Shown here: in pieces, positions 1-9,537 of the stretch
Layout: the number at the start of each line of letters is the position of its first letter
How positions within the stretch are numbered: the first letter of the stretch is position 1
Source of the DNA: an uncultured Alphaproteobacteria bacterium
GTDB taxonomy: Bacteria > Pseudomonadota > Alphaproteobacteria > Rs-D84
Assembly: GCA_944392815.1 (NCBI GenBank)
Contig: CALXXY010000002.1
Location: forward strand, 32,001-96,000
DNA: 64,000 nt
Direction: 5' to 3'
The notes under the pieces: generated by a model
The model's database searches: none
Told to the model about the DNA's origin: nothing
The model's input: the letters and a program-made list of their open reading frames with translations, nothing else
Made by a program: the position numbers and the translations under genes

Positions 1-797
1 CCGTCCTGGGGCAAATCCTGCAATAAAACCACCGCCATATCAGACAACGGCCGATCGCACCATGTATAATGATTAAAATCCAAATCGCGCCACTGCATAG
101 AAAACACCTGGGACTTTGGCGCGAACCCATATATCAACATTAAAAACGCAGCCCGCAAATTCGCGTCACTTTCGCGTTCAATCGCCCGCACCAGCCGATG
201 AAATCCATGAATATTCAGCGGCCGCACCCGACGATGCTGCACAACACGTGGCAACCCCGCCACGGGATTTTGTTTTGCATATCCCGAATCCAGCGCATAT
301 TTAAACACACTTTGCAAAAATTCCTGCATACGTCCCGCAATCGCCCGACCAGAAATATTGCCAATCACACCCGCAACATCATCGGACGTAATATCGTCCA
401 AATTTTTATCCAAAATGGGCACAAAATGCCGTGCAATTGCACGTTCCAGTTTATCGCGTGACACACTGTTTCGCCGCACACGCGCGTTCAAATAAATATC
501 CAGAAATTTTTTCAGCGTAATTTTTTTCCTGCGTAAGCGCGGCTTTTGCATGGCAGATTCCAAAATATCAGGCACCGCACTGCGCGCATCTTCTATATCC
601 ATGGTTGGATAATTTCCGATAATTATCCGCTTGTCCCGTCCATGCACACGTTTACGAACAAAAAAAGTTTTCACCCCGCGACTGGTCACATACATACGCA
701 GCCGTGGTTCAGATATATCCTGGACGACATCAAACCCGGTGGCCGGCGGTGGCAAATTATCCAAAATAAATGAATTAAAAAAGAATTGGTGTGCCAT
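1..797 (-). CDS. Integrase-like protein (arm-type DNA-binding + core-binding domains, degenerate tyrosine-recombinase catalytic domain); partial, runs off the window start
   Basis: Not in the ORF track. Manual translation from ATG 797 (AGGGG RBS-like upstream) is open to position 1: MAHQFFFNSFILDNLPPPATGFDVVQDISEPRLRMYVTSRGVKTFFVRKRVHGRDKRIIIGNYPTMDIEDAR (P4-type arm-binding pattern) ... LQSVFKYALDSGYAKQNPV ... LMLIYGFAPKSQVFSMQWRDLDF. Confidence 0.8.
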   Translation of the reverse strand, partial: MAHQFFFNSFILDNLPPPATGFDVVQDISEPRLRMYVTSRGVKTFFVRKRVHGRDKRIIIGNYPTMDIEDARSAVPDILESAMQKPRLRRKKITLKKFLDIYLNARVRRNSVSRDKLERAIARHFVPILDKNLDDITSDDVAGVIGNISGRAIAGRMQEFLQSVFKYALDSGYAKQNPVAGLPRVVQHRRVRPLNIHGFHRLVRAIERESDANLRAAFLMLIYGFAPKSQVFSMQWRDLDFNHYTWCDRPLSDMAVVLLQDLPQD

Positions 798-827
798 GGC
801 CTGTACCCCTTTGGTTAACCATTTCAG

Positions 828-1256
828 TTATTTAAATCTGGCATACAATTTTCTTTCCGCCCAAAAATATCTTTTTTCCATGCTTAAATTCGCCCATTTT
901 TCGCGCGCCGCAAAATACGCAGCATTACGCGCGCCAAAACCGCACCCCGGTTTTTTACATGGGAATATTCCGCTGAATCCAGGGCATTCAAATTCACCAA
1001 ACTGCGGTCTGGATTCACTGGTTTTTACATCACGCACAGTTTTCACATATTTAATTTTGCACCCAACAGACAACCGCGCCATAGCATCATCGGCATGCCC
1101 CACATTATTTGTTAATCTGCGCGCAGCCGCCTCGTAATTTTGCTTGGCCTCGGCCCATTCGCGTTTAATATCCGAATATTCGCGAATATCAGAAATGATA
1201 TCCTTTAATGGTGTTTTAATTAAATAATTCACAGTATCAGAAAACATTTCCAACAC
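828..1256 (-). CDS. Hypothetical Cys4 protein, paralog 1 of 3
   Basis: 142-aa ORF sharing C...CPxF-x5-C-x4-C-x5-N..YF.A...FW and a basic C-terminus with the next two ORFs. Confidence 0.75.
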   Translation of the reverse strand: MLEMFSDTVNYLIKTPLKDIISDIREYSDIKREWAEAKQNYEAAARRLTNNVGHADDAMARLSVGCKIKYVKTVRDVKTSESRPQFGEFECPGFSGIFPCKKPGCGFGARNAAYFAAREKWANLSMEKRYFWAERKLYARFK

Positions 1257-1263
1257 CCCTATT

Positions 1264-1680
1264 TTATTTCACACGTGCAAATTTCCGCGCCCAAAATTCA
1301 GCCCTGCTCTGCTTCAGTTGTTTCAATTTTCGACGCGCATCAAAAAACGTGTTGTTATGTGGCAAATACCGACAGTTTTCATACGAACAGCGCCAACCGT
1401 CCTTGGAAAATTTAGGACAATTCAAATCATACTGACGCGCAATATCCATACGCATCTGAATATCGTATTCCCATTTCCAAAACTGTTGCACGCACCCAGC
1501 AAACGGATTTGCATACGGCATGCCATATCGGCATTCACCCCTGTCCACAATCATGTTATCGTATGCCGCACGCGACACGCGCCGCACAGACGCGATTTGT
1601 GCGCACAACGCACGGAACTGACCGATATCAGTCCACACGTTGCGAATCGGTGTTTTAAAAACGTATTGCATAAATCCCAT
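1264..1680 (-). CDS. Hypothetical Cys4 protein, paralog 2 of 3
   Basis: 138 aa; KTPIRNVWTDI at the N-terminus and CPKFSKDGWRCSYENCRYLPHNNTFFDARRK...FWARKFARVK. Confidence 0.75.
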   Translation of the reverse strand: MGFMQYVFKTPIRNVWTDIGQFRALCAQIASVRRVSRAAYDNMIVDRGECRYGMPYANPFAGCVQQFWKWEYDIQMRMDIARQYDLNCPKFSKDGWRCSYENCRYLPHNNTFFDARRKLKQLKQSRAEFWARKFARVK

Positions 1681-1688
1681 TGCAAACC

Positions 1689-2051
1689 CTATTTATTACG
1701 CGATTTTTTATTCACCCAGAAATTCTTTTTCTGTGCGCATAAATTTCTGTATTTTGCCAACGCGTCTAAATATTCATTATTGCAAACATAAAAAGAACAC
1801 GCCACCTGGCCACATGTCTGTTTACCATCAGTAAAAAATGCGCACGGCAGATTTTCATTAAACGCATACGAAACGTGCCCCAAAAATTCACCATCGGCAA
1901 CCGCGCGTTCACTGGCACATACTTCTGAATCAAACGATTCGCCCAGCGCACGCACCAAACGTTGTTGACGCAGAACCAACGCGCGCTGTTCCTTGATTTG
2001 TTTTGATAAATCAGCATACTGTTTTAACGAACTAAAAATATTATTTTTCAT
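1689..2051 (-). CDS. Hypothetical Cys4 protein, paralog 3 of 3
   Basis: 120 aa; CAFFTDGKQTCGQVACSFYVCNNEYLDA...FWVNKKSRNK; starts 18 bp after the lepA stop. Confidence 0.75.
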   Translation of the reverse strand: MKNNIFSSLKQYADLSKQIKEQRALVLRQQRLVRALGESFDSEVCASERAVADGEFLGHVSYAFNENLPCAFFTDGKQTCGQVACSFYVCNNEYLDALAKYRNLCAQKKNFWVNKKSRNK

Positions 2052-2069
2052 ATTTTATTCTACCTTTGT

Positions 2070-3866
2070 TTAATTAACCTTTAATGCGTTAATGAATGCG
2101 GACTGCGGTATTTCTACATTACCAAAAGTACGCATACGTTTTTTTCCTTCCTTTTGCTTTTCCAGCAACTTGCGCTTTCGCGTGATATCCCCGCCATAAC
2201 ACTTGGCGGTCACATCTTTGCGATATGCAGCAATTGTTTCCCGTGCGATAATTTTGCCACCGATGGCGGCCTGCAGCGGGATTTTGAATTGATGACGTGG
2301 AATTAAATCTTTTAACCGTTCTACAATCTGCCGGCCACGTTTTTCAGCCGCACTGCGATGACACATAAAAGACAGCGGTTCCACATTTTCATCATTCACC
2401 AGAATTGAAACCTTGACCAAATCAGACGGTCGATACCCCTGCACCACATAATCAAACGACGCATATCCCGACGAAATAGATTTCACACGATCGTAAAAAT
2501 CAAACACTATTTCGGCCAAGGGCAATTGATACACCAACACCGCGCGATTACCGACATACGAAATATTTTCCTGAACCCCACGCCGTTCCGCGCACAGCGA
2601 CATAATGCCCCCCATATATTTATCAGGCATCATAATCGTCGCACGCACCCATGGTTCTTCTATGGACGCAATTCGCGTTAAATCAGGCATATCAGCCGGA
2701 TTTTCCAAATCCACAACATTCCCATCGCGCAAATACACTTTGTACAACACGCTGGGCACAGTATTAATTAAATTCAAACCGAATTCGCGCCGCAGCCGTT
2801 CGCTGATAATTTCCATATGCAGCAAACCCAAAAATCCGCACCGCAATCCAAACCCCAACGCAGACGATTTTTCCACAGTAAACACAAACGATGCGTCATT
2901 CAGCGCCAATTTTTCCGCCCCATCACGCAGGGCCGGGTAATCATCGGCCTCGACCGGGAAAAACGACGCGAACACCACCGGCACAGACGGCTTGAACCCG
3001 GGCAACGGTTCACAATCCGCCCCACTGCGCGCGTCCACGATTGTATCGCCAACCTTGCAATCATGAATGGTTTTCATGCCTGTTATAATGAACCCGATTT
3101 CGCCAGTTTCCAACGAATCGGCATCAACCATTTTTGGTGTAAAATAACCTATTTTTTCAATAACATACTCGGCGCCAGTTGCCATGAATCGAATTTTTTG
3201 TCCGCGCACCAGTTTTCCATCAACCACGCGCACCAGCACCACCACCCCCAAATAAGAATCATACCACGAATCCACCAGCAACGCGCGCGCAGGCGCATTT
3301 TCATTTCCGCGTGGCGCCGGCAACCGATGCACAATTTCTTCCAATAACTCGGGCACACCCGCCCCGGTTTTCCCAGACACGCACAACGCATCTGCGGCGT
3401 CCAGCCCGATAACATCGGCAATCTGCTCGCGCGCGGCGGCCACATCGCTGGACGGCAAATCAATTTTATTCAACACAGGCAGCATTTCCAAATCATTATC
3501 CAACGCCAAATAAGCATTAGCCAACGTCTGCGCCTGAACCCCCTGGGTTGCATCGACCAGAATCAGCGCCCCTTCGCACGCAGCCAACGACCGCGACACT
3601 TCGTACGAAAAATCGACATGCCCGGGCGTATCCATCAAATTCAATTGATACACCTGGCCATCGCGCGCGGTATAGTTCAACCGCACAGTTTGCGCCTTTA
3701 TCGTGATTCCGCGTTCCCGTTCAATATCCATGGAATCCAGCACCTGGGCCTTCATTTCGCGCGATTGCAACCCACCAGTATATTCAATCAACCTGTCGGA
3801 CAGGGTAGATTTTCCGTGATCGATATGCGCGACGATTGCAAAATTTCTGATATTTTGTTGCTTCAT
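2070..3866 (-). CDS. lepA: Translation elongation factor 4 (LepA)
   Basis: [35 protein letters not shown]-terminal [24 protein letters not shown]; start trimmed to MKQQ. Confidence 0.98.
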   Translation of the reverse strand: MKQQNIRNFAIVAHIDHGKSTLSDRLIEYTGGLQSREMKAQVLDSMDIERERGITIKAQTVRLNYTARDGQVYQLNLMDTPGHVDFSYEVSRSLAACEGALILVDATQGVQAQTLANAYLALDNDLEMLPVLNKIDLPSSDVAAAREQIADVIGLDAADALCVSGKTGAGVPELLEEIVHRLPAPRGNENAPARALLVDSWYDSYLGVVVLVRVVDGKLVRGQKIRFMATGAEYVIEKIGYFTPKMVDADSLETGEIGFIITGMKTIHDCKVGDTIVDARSGADCEPLPGFKPSVPVVFASFFPVEADDYPALRDGAEKLALNDASFVFTVEKSSALGFGLRCGFLGLLHMEIISERLRREFGLNLINTVPSVLYKVYLRDGNVVDLENPADMPDLTRIASIEEPWVRATIMMPDKYMGGIMSLCAERRGVQENISYVGNRAVLVYQLPLAEIVFDFYDRVKSISSGYASFDYVVQGYRPSDLVKVSILVNDENVEPLSFMCHRSAAEKRGRQIVERLKDLIPRHQFKIPLQAAIGGKIIARETIAAYRKDVTAKCYGGDITRKRKLLEKQKEGKKRMRTFGNVEIPQSAFINALKVN

Positions 3867-3942
3867 AAAAAACCTGGTGTTTTGCCTTGAACTTGCGGCA
3901 ATGATACACCAGTATAAACAAATCTGCAACCACAATTTTCAC

Positions 3943-4521
3943 CTAAGTGAACAAAGAAATCAGCCCTATTCCCAATCCTGCGGCGATAATGGCCCCGATT
4001 GTCAGCGGCCAGAAATATTTTTTGACTATGGCGTTTGCGCGTTCCTGGAAAAAATACAGCAACGCAGCAACAATTGCGAATCGCCCTGTCCGGAAAATTG
4101 CAGACACCCCGATAAAAATCCAGATTGGATATCCAATAAACCCCAGCCACAGCGCCAATAACTTATACGGAATCGGCGTCACCGCAGTCAACACTATGAT
4201 TAAAATCCCGTATTTAGAAAACATGGGCTTGATTGCCGTTTCAATCAATTCGTAATTGGAAAAAGTATTTATAATCCACAGCCCCAACGAATCCCACAGC
4301 CACGCGCCAATCATATACGCAATTGCGCCCCCAACGACAGACCCCAACGCGGCCGCGACAGTAATCGGCACAGCGCGTTTTTTATTTGCGATAATGGGGG
4401 GCGTCATGAACACTTCGGGCGGAATGAACAAAAAAATCGATTCGCACACAGTCAGCAAAAACACGATCCACGAATACGCACGACTTTCCGATTTACTTAA
4501 AATATATTCAGCGAATTTCAT
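3943..4521 (-). CDS. YqaA/DedA (VTT domain) membrane protein
   Basis: ESIFLFIPPEV, GSVVGGAIAY, TPIPYKL and FRTGRF motifs; start trimmed to MKFAEY. Confidence 0.88.
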   Translation of the reverse strand: MKFAEYILSKSESRAYSWIVFLLTVCESIFLFIPPEVFMTPPIIANKKRAVPITVAAALGSVVGGAIAYMIGAWLWDSLGLWIINTFSNYELIETAIKPMFSKYGILIIVLTAVTPIPYKLLALWLGFIGYPIWIFIGVSAIFRTGRFAIVAALLYFFQERANAIVKKYFWPLTIGAIIAAGLGIGLISLFT

Positions 4522-4610
4522 AATAATCCTTTCCGTTTTTTTGGCGCAAAATTTACTTGATTGTAATTTAATAAATAATAATTTACAATTACATAAATTG
4601 GAAAAAGCAA

Positions 4611-4961
4611 ATGAAACATAACAAAAACCCAAATTCGAACAGATCGGCCCGCATGGCCAGCACAGTCCAAACAACAGTCGCCCAAATTCTGCGCGACCGC
4701 TTTGGCGACGACAAAATAATTTCAGGTGTATCATTGGTTGGATCTGTTGCACGCGGTGGCACCCAGTTTGTGCATTTGTATTATTACTCGCGCAACCCAG
4801 ACATCACGTCGGTCCAGCGCCGCTTGGACGAAGTGACCAAAACAGTCCGTTATGAATTGGCATCGCGCCTGGATCAAAAATACGTCCCAGAAATCAAATT
4901 TGAATACGACGACACACTCGACCGCGCCGAACGCCTGGACAAAATTTTAGAAAATTTGTGA
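4611..4961 (+). CDS. rbfA: Ribosome-binding factor A
   Basis: RSARMA...ILR at the N-terminus; RYELASRLDQKYVPEIKFEYDDTLDRAERLDKIL at the C-terminus. Confidence 0.9.
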   Translation: MKHNKNPNSNRSARMASTVQTTVAQILRDRFGDDKIISGVSLVGSVARGGTQFVHLYYYSRNPDITSVQRRLDEVTKTVRYELASRLDQKYVPEIKFEYDDTLDRAERLDKILENL

Positions 4962-4992
4962 TTTCCCCCCCGCCCCATCGCGGAACGCCCCC

Positions 4993-5089
4993 TGTCATTG
5001 CGAAGGAGTACGATCAACGTTGGAAAAGTTGGCGTACGACTGTGGCAATCCAGGTCAATATGTCCGCGCAACGCGCGGTGCCTTTTTAT
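4993..5089 (+). repeat. Palindromic REP-like element, copy 1 (TGTCATTGCGAAGG...GTGGCAATCCAGG + GC hairpin)
   Basis: 97-bp direct repeat of 5460-5556 with 1 mismatch; internal hairpin GTACG..AACGTT-GGA-AAsGTT..CGTAC; supplies the GIY-YIG stop codon. Confidence 0.92.
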
Positions 5090-5394
5090 CCCAACCAGAA
5101 ATTATCCTGTTCTGCCAGATCAATCCAATCTGGATTCACAGATTCAATCAATTGTATTTTTCTTTTCCGCGACCCAGCTTTCAAACGTTTTTCCCGTTCC
5201 AACGCATCATTAATGTATTGATAATCTTCGCAATAAACCAATTTATCACAGCCATACCTGGCGGTAAAACACCCTGGATACACGTTATTTTTATGTTCAT
5301 ACACCCGCCTGCGAATATCATTCGTCACCCCAATGTACAAAGTCCCATTTTTACAATTTGCCATAATATATACAAAGAATTCATACTTTCGCAT
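5086..5394 (-). CDS. Small stand-alone GIY-YIG nuclease
   Basis: FVYIMANCKNGTLYIGVTNDIRRRVYEHK...FTARY...LVY.E.....AL.REKRLK...R..KIQLIE..NPDW.DL; start trimmed to MRKYEF. Confidence 0.93.
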   Translation of the reverse strand: MRKYEFFVYIMANCKNGTLYIGVTNDIRRRVYEHKNNVYPGCFTARYGCDKLVYCEDYQYINDALEREKRLKAGSRKRKIQLIESVNPDWIDLAEQDNFWLG

Positions 5395-5459
5395 AAAAAT
5401 CCCCCACCATGCCCATTGCAATCCAGGTCAATTCATACTTTCGCATTTCCACCCCACCC

Positions 5460-5589
5460 TGTCATTGCGAAGGAGTACGATCAACGTTGGAAACGTTGGC
5501 GTACGACTGTGGCAATCCAGGTCAATATGTCCGCGCAACGCGCGGTGCCTTTTTATTTACTGGATCGCCACGCTCCGCTCGCGATGACA
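5460..5589. repeat. REP-like element copy 2 with its inverted partner arm (5560-5589), forming a REP doublet
   Basis: TGTCATTGCGA pairs with TCGCGATGACA and GTGGCAATCCAG pairs with CTGGATCGCCAC, each with 1 mismatch. Confidence 0.9.
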
Positions 5590-5640
5590 ATGGGGACTAA
5601 TCTGATAATTACGAATTAGGTCATCGCATTCGCCCCCCCT

Positions 5641-5703
5641 TGTCATTGCGAAGGAGTACGATCAACGTTGGAAACGTTGGCGTACGACTGTGGCAATCCA
5701 GGT
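5641..5703 (+). repeat. REP-like element copy 3 (left arm only)
   Basis: Identical to the first ~63 bp of copy 2; followed by two CCCGCGCC/GGCGCGG hairpins and an ATCTACACTCT motif. Confidence 0.9.
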
Positions 5704-5799
5704 TAATAAAATCCCGCGCCAATGGCGCGGCCCACATCTACACTCTCCACTATATTATTTTCCCGCGCCGTGGCGCGGGAATAAATACAGCGGGGATTT

Positions 5800-7557
5800 T
5801 TATTCAACCCAAATGGCTGCATAATCCGTGGCATTCTGGCCACCAAACGGAATCTTAACATTCCCCTTGGTCACAGAAACCTTGCCGTCCGTCTGGGACA
5901 CACCCGTCACCACGGCACCGGTGCCGGTCGATGTGCTGTCCAGCGCGGTTATTTGCGACTTGGTCGCATAGGTTGATGTAATCACATTTCCGGACGCATC
6001 TTGGGTCGCCTTGGTCGCATTTGTGGCATTCGTCGCGGTTGTTGCACTGTCGGCCTTGGTTGCGCTGTTCACGGTAACGGCACCAGTTGAACTGACCGTA
6101 ATATCACCACCAGATTTCACACCACCCAACGTATTGGCGGTTGCAGCCGGCAAAGTATAACCATCTGGCAAATCGTCCGCGGTAATAAACCCACTATCGT
6201 TTGTTAAATCACTGGTTTTTGTCGGAACATCAGCAGTATTTGCCTTGCCCGCCAACGCAGTTGTCAAACCAGAAATTTTTGATTGGGCAATCGCCGCACT
6301 GGCCGCAATATCAGCATTGGTTATTGTACCGTCGGTAATTTCAGCACTGGTAACCGCGCTTTTGGTCGCCAACGTCCCCAACCCTGAAACCTTGGTTGAC
6401 GGAATTGTTGGTATATCTGACGCCGTCAGTGACGCGCCACCCGTAACCAATCCCTTGGCATCGTACGTAATCTTGGTTGCGGTTCCGGCGGTTATGGCCG
6501 CATTTGCGGTAACCTTGGCATTCGCGGCGGTCTGCGCTGCACTGGCGGCGGATTGCGCCGCTTCGGCCTTGTCCTCTACTGCACCTAACGCGGACGTTGT
6601 CGCATACCCGGACAGTGCGGACGTATTCGCCTTGGTCGCCAAAGCGGTGGCAACTGCCTTTTCAGACGGATACGCAGTATCAGTCGCGCTGGCTGCGGCA
6701 CGCACAGACGTCACTTTATTTTTGGTTTCTTCTGCGGTTATACCCTTGGTTGCGGAAACAGTCGAACCCGATGCCAAAACACTGGTCACCACATTCCCCG
6801 TTCCACCGGTTGACCCCGATATGCTGGATAACTTGCCACTGGCCGTGCTTTGTGCGGCGGCGGCGGCGGCGGCCGCGTCATCGGCGGCACTCTGCGCGGC
6901 GGTTATTTTCGCATTATATCCGTCATAGGTTGATACCTTGGTCGACGTAATCCCAGAATTCACCGCATTCAATTGCGCACTCGTCAAAGTCGCCTGTTTC
7001 CCGGACAAACCGGACGTTAATTCAGTTTTCGTTGCATACGTTGATGTAATCACATTCCCGGACGCGTCCTGTGTCGCCTTGGTCGCATTTGTGGCATTCG
7101 TCGCGTTTGTAGCATTTGTGGCATTGGTTGCGTTGGTCGCACGCGCCGCCTGATTTACTGTAACCGCACCATCAGACCCAACGGTTATGTTACCACCGGA
7201 TTTCACACCACCCAACGCATTGGCGGTTGCAACCGGCACCGATGTAATAAACCCACTGTTGTTGGTCAATTGACTGGTTGTTGTCGGCACAGTGATATTA
7301 ATCGTCTTGTTCGCAGACGCATTCGCAGTAAACGTATCGACGGTGGCGCCATTTTTCTGAATGGTCAACGTGGCGTTATTCACCGTCGGAATGGTCGGAC
7401 GACCCGACAAATCGCCGTACGCGCCCGTTTTCGCGACAGTGGCCAACCCGTCGATTTTTTCATCGACATACCCACTGGACGCGATATCGGCATACGCCCC
7501 CCCCACGACCATCATGGCGATAAATGAAACTGCGAAAATACCTTTAACTTTCATCAT
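5800..7557 (-). CDS. Secreted phage-tail-fibre-like repetitive protein (fibre 1)
   Basis: Signal peptide ending AYA, then IASSGYVDEK; modules PTKTSDLTNDSGFIT, YTLPAATANTLGGVKSG, (ATN)n, ATQDASGNVITSTYATK x2, TKITYDAKGLVTGG; ends YAAIWVE. Confidence 0.8.
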   Translation of the reverse strand: MMKVKGIFAVSFIAMMVVGGAYADIASSGYVDEKIDGLATVAKTGAYGDLSGRPTIPTVNNATLTIQKNGATVDTFTANASANKTINITVPTTTSQLTNNSGFITSVPVATANALGGVKSGGNITVGSDGAVTVNQAARATNATNATNATNATNATNATKATQDASGNVITSTYATKTELTSGLSGKQATLTSAQLNAVNSGITSTKVSTYDGYNAKITAAQSAADDAAAAAAAAQSTASGKLSSISGSTGGTGNVVTSVLASGSTVSATKGITAEETKNKVTSVRAAASATDTAYPSEKAVATALATKANTSALSGYATTSALGAVEDKAEAAQSAASAAQTAANAKVTANAAITAGTATKITYDAKGLVTGGASLTASDIPTIPSTKVSGLGTLATKSAVTSAEITDGTITNADIAASAAIAQSKISGLTTALAGKANTADVPTKTSDLTNDSGFITADDLPDGYTLPAATANTLGGVKSGGDITVSSTGAVTVNSATKADSATTATNATNATKATQDASGNVITSTYATKSQITALDSTSTGTGAVVTGVSQTDGKVSVTKGNVKIPFGGQNATDYAAIWVE

Positions 7558-7676
7558 ATCTGTGTCTCAAAAAAACTTAATAAATGTCTATTTAATTTCG
7601 CTACTCTGCTCTGCTTTGTTTTTTTGGTTGTATATGTGCGACGCGACATCACGCCGCACATATTGTTATGCCGCTA

Positions 7677-9464
7677 TTATTCGCCTTCGCCATTACGGGC
7701 AATAACTTCCCATGCATATGCACTGTTATTAAATGTTAATACACACTTTGCGGTTCCATCGGCACATTCACCATCTGGTGCCGGGATTGCAGCGTTTGCT
7801 GTTTGTTGTGCCTGGGTTGCAGTTTGCTGCGCCGCCGTGGCGGTTGATTGTGCGGTCGACGCTTCACCTGCTACTTCCTTGATAGCGGCCACAACCGTTG
7901 TGGCTGTTGTACCCATATTACCGGCGGTCACAGTACCAACCTGGGTGTTATATGTAGAGGTCGGTAATTTTGAATCAGCCGCAGTTTGTGCTGCTTCTGC
8001 TGCCTCTTGTGCAGCTGCTGCATCTGCTAATGCCTGGGTCGCATCTGTCTGTGCTGCATCAGCCGCATCTTGCGCCGCACCTGCAGCAGTGCTTGCACCG
8101 TCAGCGGTTGTCTTTACTTCATTGATAGCACCGACAACTGTCTTGTTTGTTGTTGTCAAAGAGTTATCTGTTTTATCCTGTTTCAATGCCAGGTTTGCAG
8201 AAGTCGGCAGATCGGCAACTTCTTCCTTGGTGGCATATGTCGTTGTGATTACATTACCAGATGCGTCCGCCGTTGCACGTGCGGCTGTAGCGGTTTTATC
8301 CAATTTACCGGATTCCAACGCATCAATTGCGGTGTGCGCGGCGGCCAAACCGGTTGTTTCATGATTTACAACGGCTTCCAACGCGTCAACATCGCCCTGT
8401 GCGGTATCTGCTGCTGTTTTTGCGCCTGCCGCTGCAGTGGCTGCATCTGCGGCCTCTTTGGCTACTTCATTGATTGCCGCAACGGTGTTGCCCTTGGCAT
8501 CTGTCGTTAATTGTGACAAAGTACCAATGTTTGATAATGCAGTTTGTGCATTTGTGCTGGCGGTACTGGCAGTAGTTTCAGTTGCAATATCAGCATACGC
8601 CGCGTCAGCCGCTTCTTTGGTCACATAATCTGCCAAATCGGCTTCTTGCAATGCACTGTCTGCCAAATCCAAAGACGCATTAACTGTATCGGACAATTTT
8701 GCTTCGGTCACTGCTTTATCTGCGATATCAGCGGTCGCAACAGCGCCATCTGTAATTTGTGCACTGCCAACGGCATTCAATTTTGCCAAAGCACCCAAAT
8801 CGACGCTATTTGCCTTGGCCGCCAAAGCGGTGGCAACTGCACCCGCCTGGGCTGCGCCCGTTTGACCTGTTGTGATGCTTGTTGTAACGGTCGGAATTGT
8901 ATTACCCGCGGTCACCTTGCCTTCGGCATTAACATACACAGGTTGAGATGCACTACCAGTTTGCGATAATTTATCCTGCTTGCCCGCTAATTCAGTTTTG
9001 GTTGCGTGTGTTGCAGACGTAGCTTCCAATGTATCAACACGTCCCTCTAATGCCTCCACTGATGCATTTGCGTCAACAGAACTAACCGCGTTCCACACAG
9101 CTTTCGCCGATGGGTATTGTGCTTCGGTTGACTGTGCATTAACCGTTTGTGTTTTGTTTGTCGTTCTTTCAACATTGGTTATATCGGCCGGCTGAACCGC
9201 GCTGGTGGCCAAATCCCCCTCGGCCGCGGTGGCGAATTCAGCCACATTATGTGTGACGATGTCACCGTATGTTCCCATTTTGCCTTCAATTTCACCAATC
9301 GACGTTGTATGTCCGCTGACCGTGCCACTCAATGTCGTCACGGTTTGCGATACTTCGCCAACTTTTTCATCGACGTATCCCGATGATGCGATTGCGGCGT
9401 ATGCCCCATCGGCCGAAACCACGGCCAATAATGTTGCAAAAATGCCTGCTGTCAGTTTTTTCAT
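7677..9464 (-). CDS. Secreted phage-tail-fibre-like repetitive protein (fibre 2)
   Basis: Signal peptide ending AYA, then IASSGYVDEK; GSASQPVYVN, LTTxxKxxVxAINEV repeats and Ala-rich coiled coils; C-terminal IPAP..C......CVL......WEVI. Confidence 0.8.
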   Translation of the reverse strand: MKKLTAGIFATLLAVVSADGAYAAIASSGYVDEKVGEVSQTVTTLSGTVSGHTTSIGEIEGKMGTYGDIVTHNVAEFATAAEGDLATSAVQPADITNVERTTNKTQTVNAQSTEAQYPSAKAVWNAVSSVDANASVEALEGRVDTLEATSATHATKTELAGKQDKLSQTGSASQPVYVNAEGKVTAGNTIPTVTTSITTGQTGAAQAGAVATALAAKANSVDLGALAKLNAVGSAQITDGAVATADIADKAVTEAKLSDTVNASLDLADSALQEADLADYVTKEAADAAYADIATETTASTASTNAQTALSNIGTLSQLTTDAKGNTVAAINEVAKEAADAATAAAGAKTAADTAQGDVDALEAVVNHETTGLAAAHTAIDALESGKLDKTATAARATADASGNVITTTYATKEEVADLPTSANLALKQDKTDNSLTTTNKTVVGAINEVKTTADGASTAAGAAQDAADAAQTDATQALADAAAAQEAAEAAQTAADSKLPTSTYNTQVGTVTAGNMGTTATTVVAAIKEVAGEASTAQSTATAAQQTATQAQQTANAAIPAPDGECADGTAKCVLTFNNSAYAWEVIARNGEGE

Positions 9465-9537
9465 TTTTCCTTTCCTTTCTTTGTTTTTTTGTTTTTTTAT
9501 TTAGTTTTCAAATTTCCTTGTTGAATCGCGGAACCGA

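Noticed and set aside
3867-4752. Extended N-termini in the ORF track (lepA, DedA, and likewise uvrC, dnaA and others)
   Set aside because: The extensions overlap neighbouring genes or promoters; downstream ATGs match family starts and RBS positions.
4993-5703. CRISPR array
   Set aside because: Repeats are 63-97 bp, irregularly spaced and include an inverted arm; there are no uniform spacers and no cas genes.
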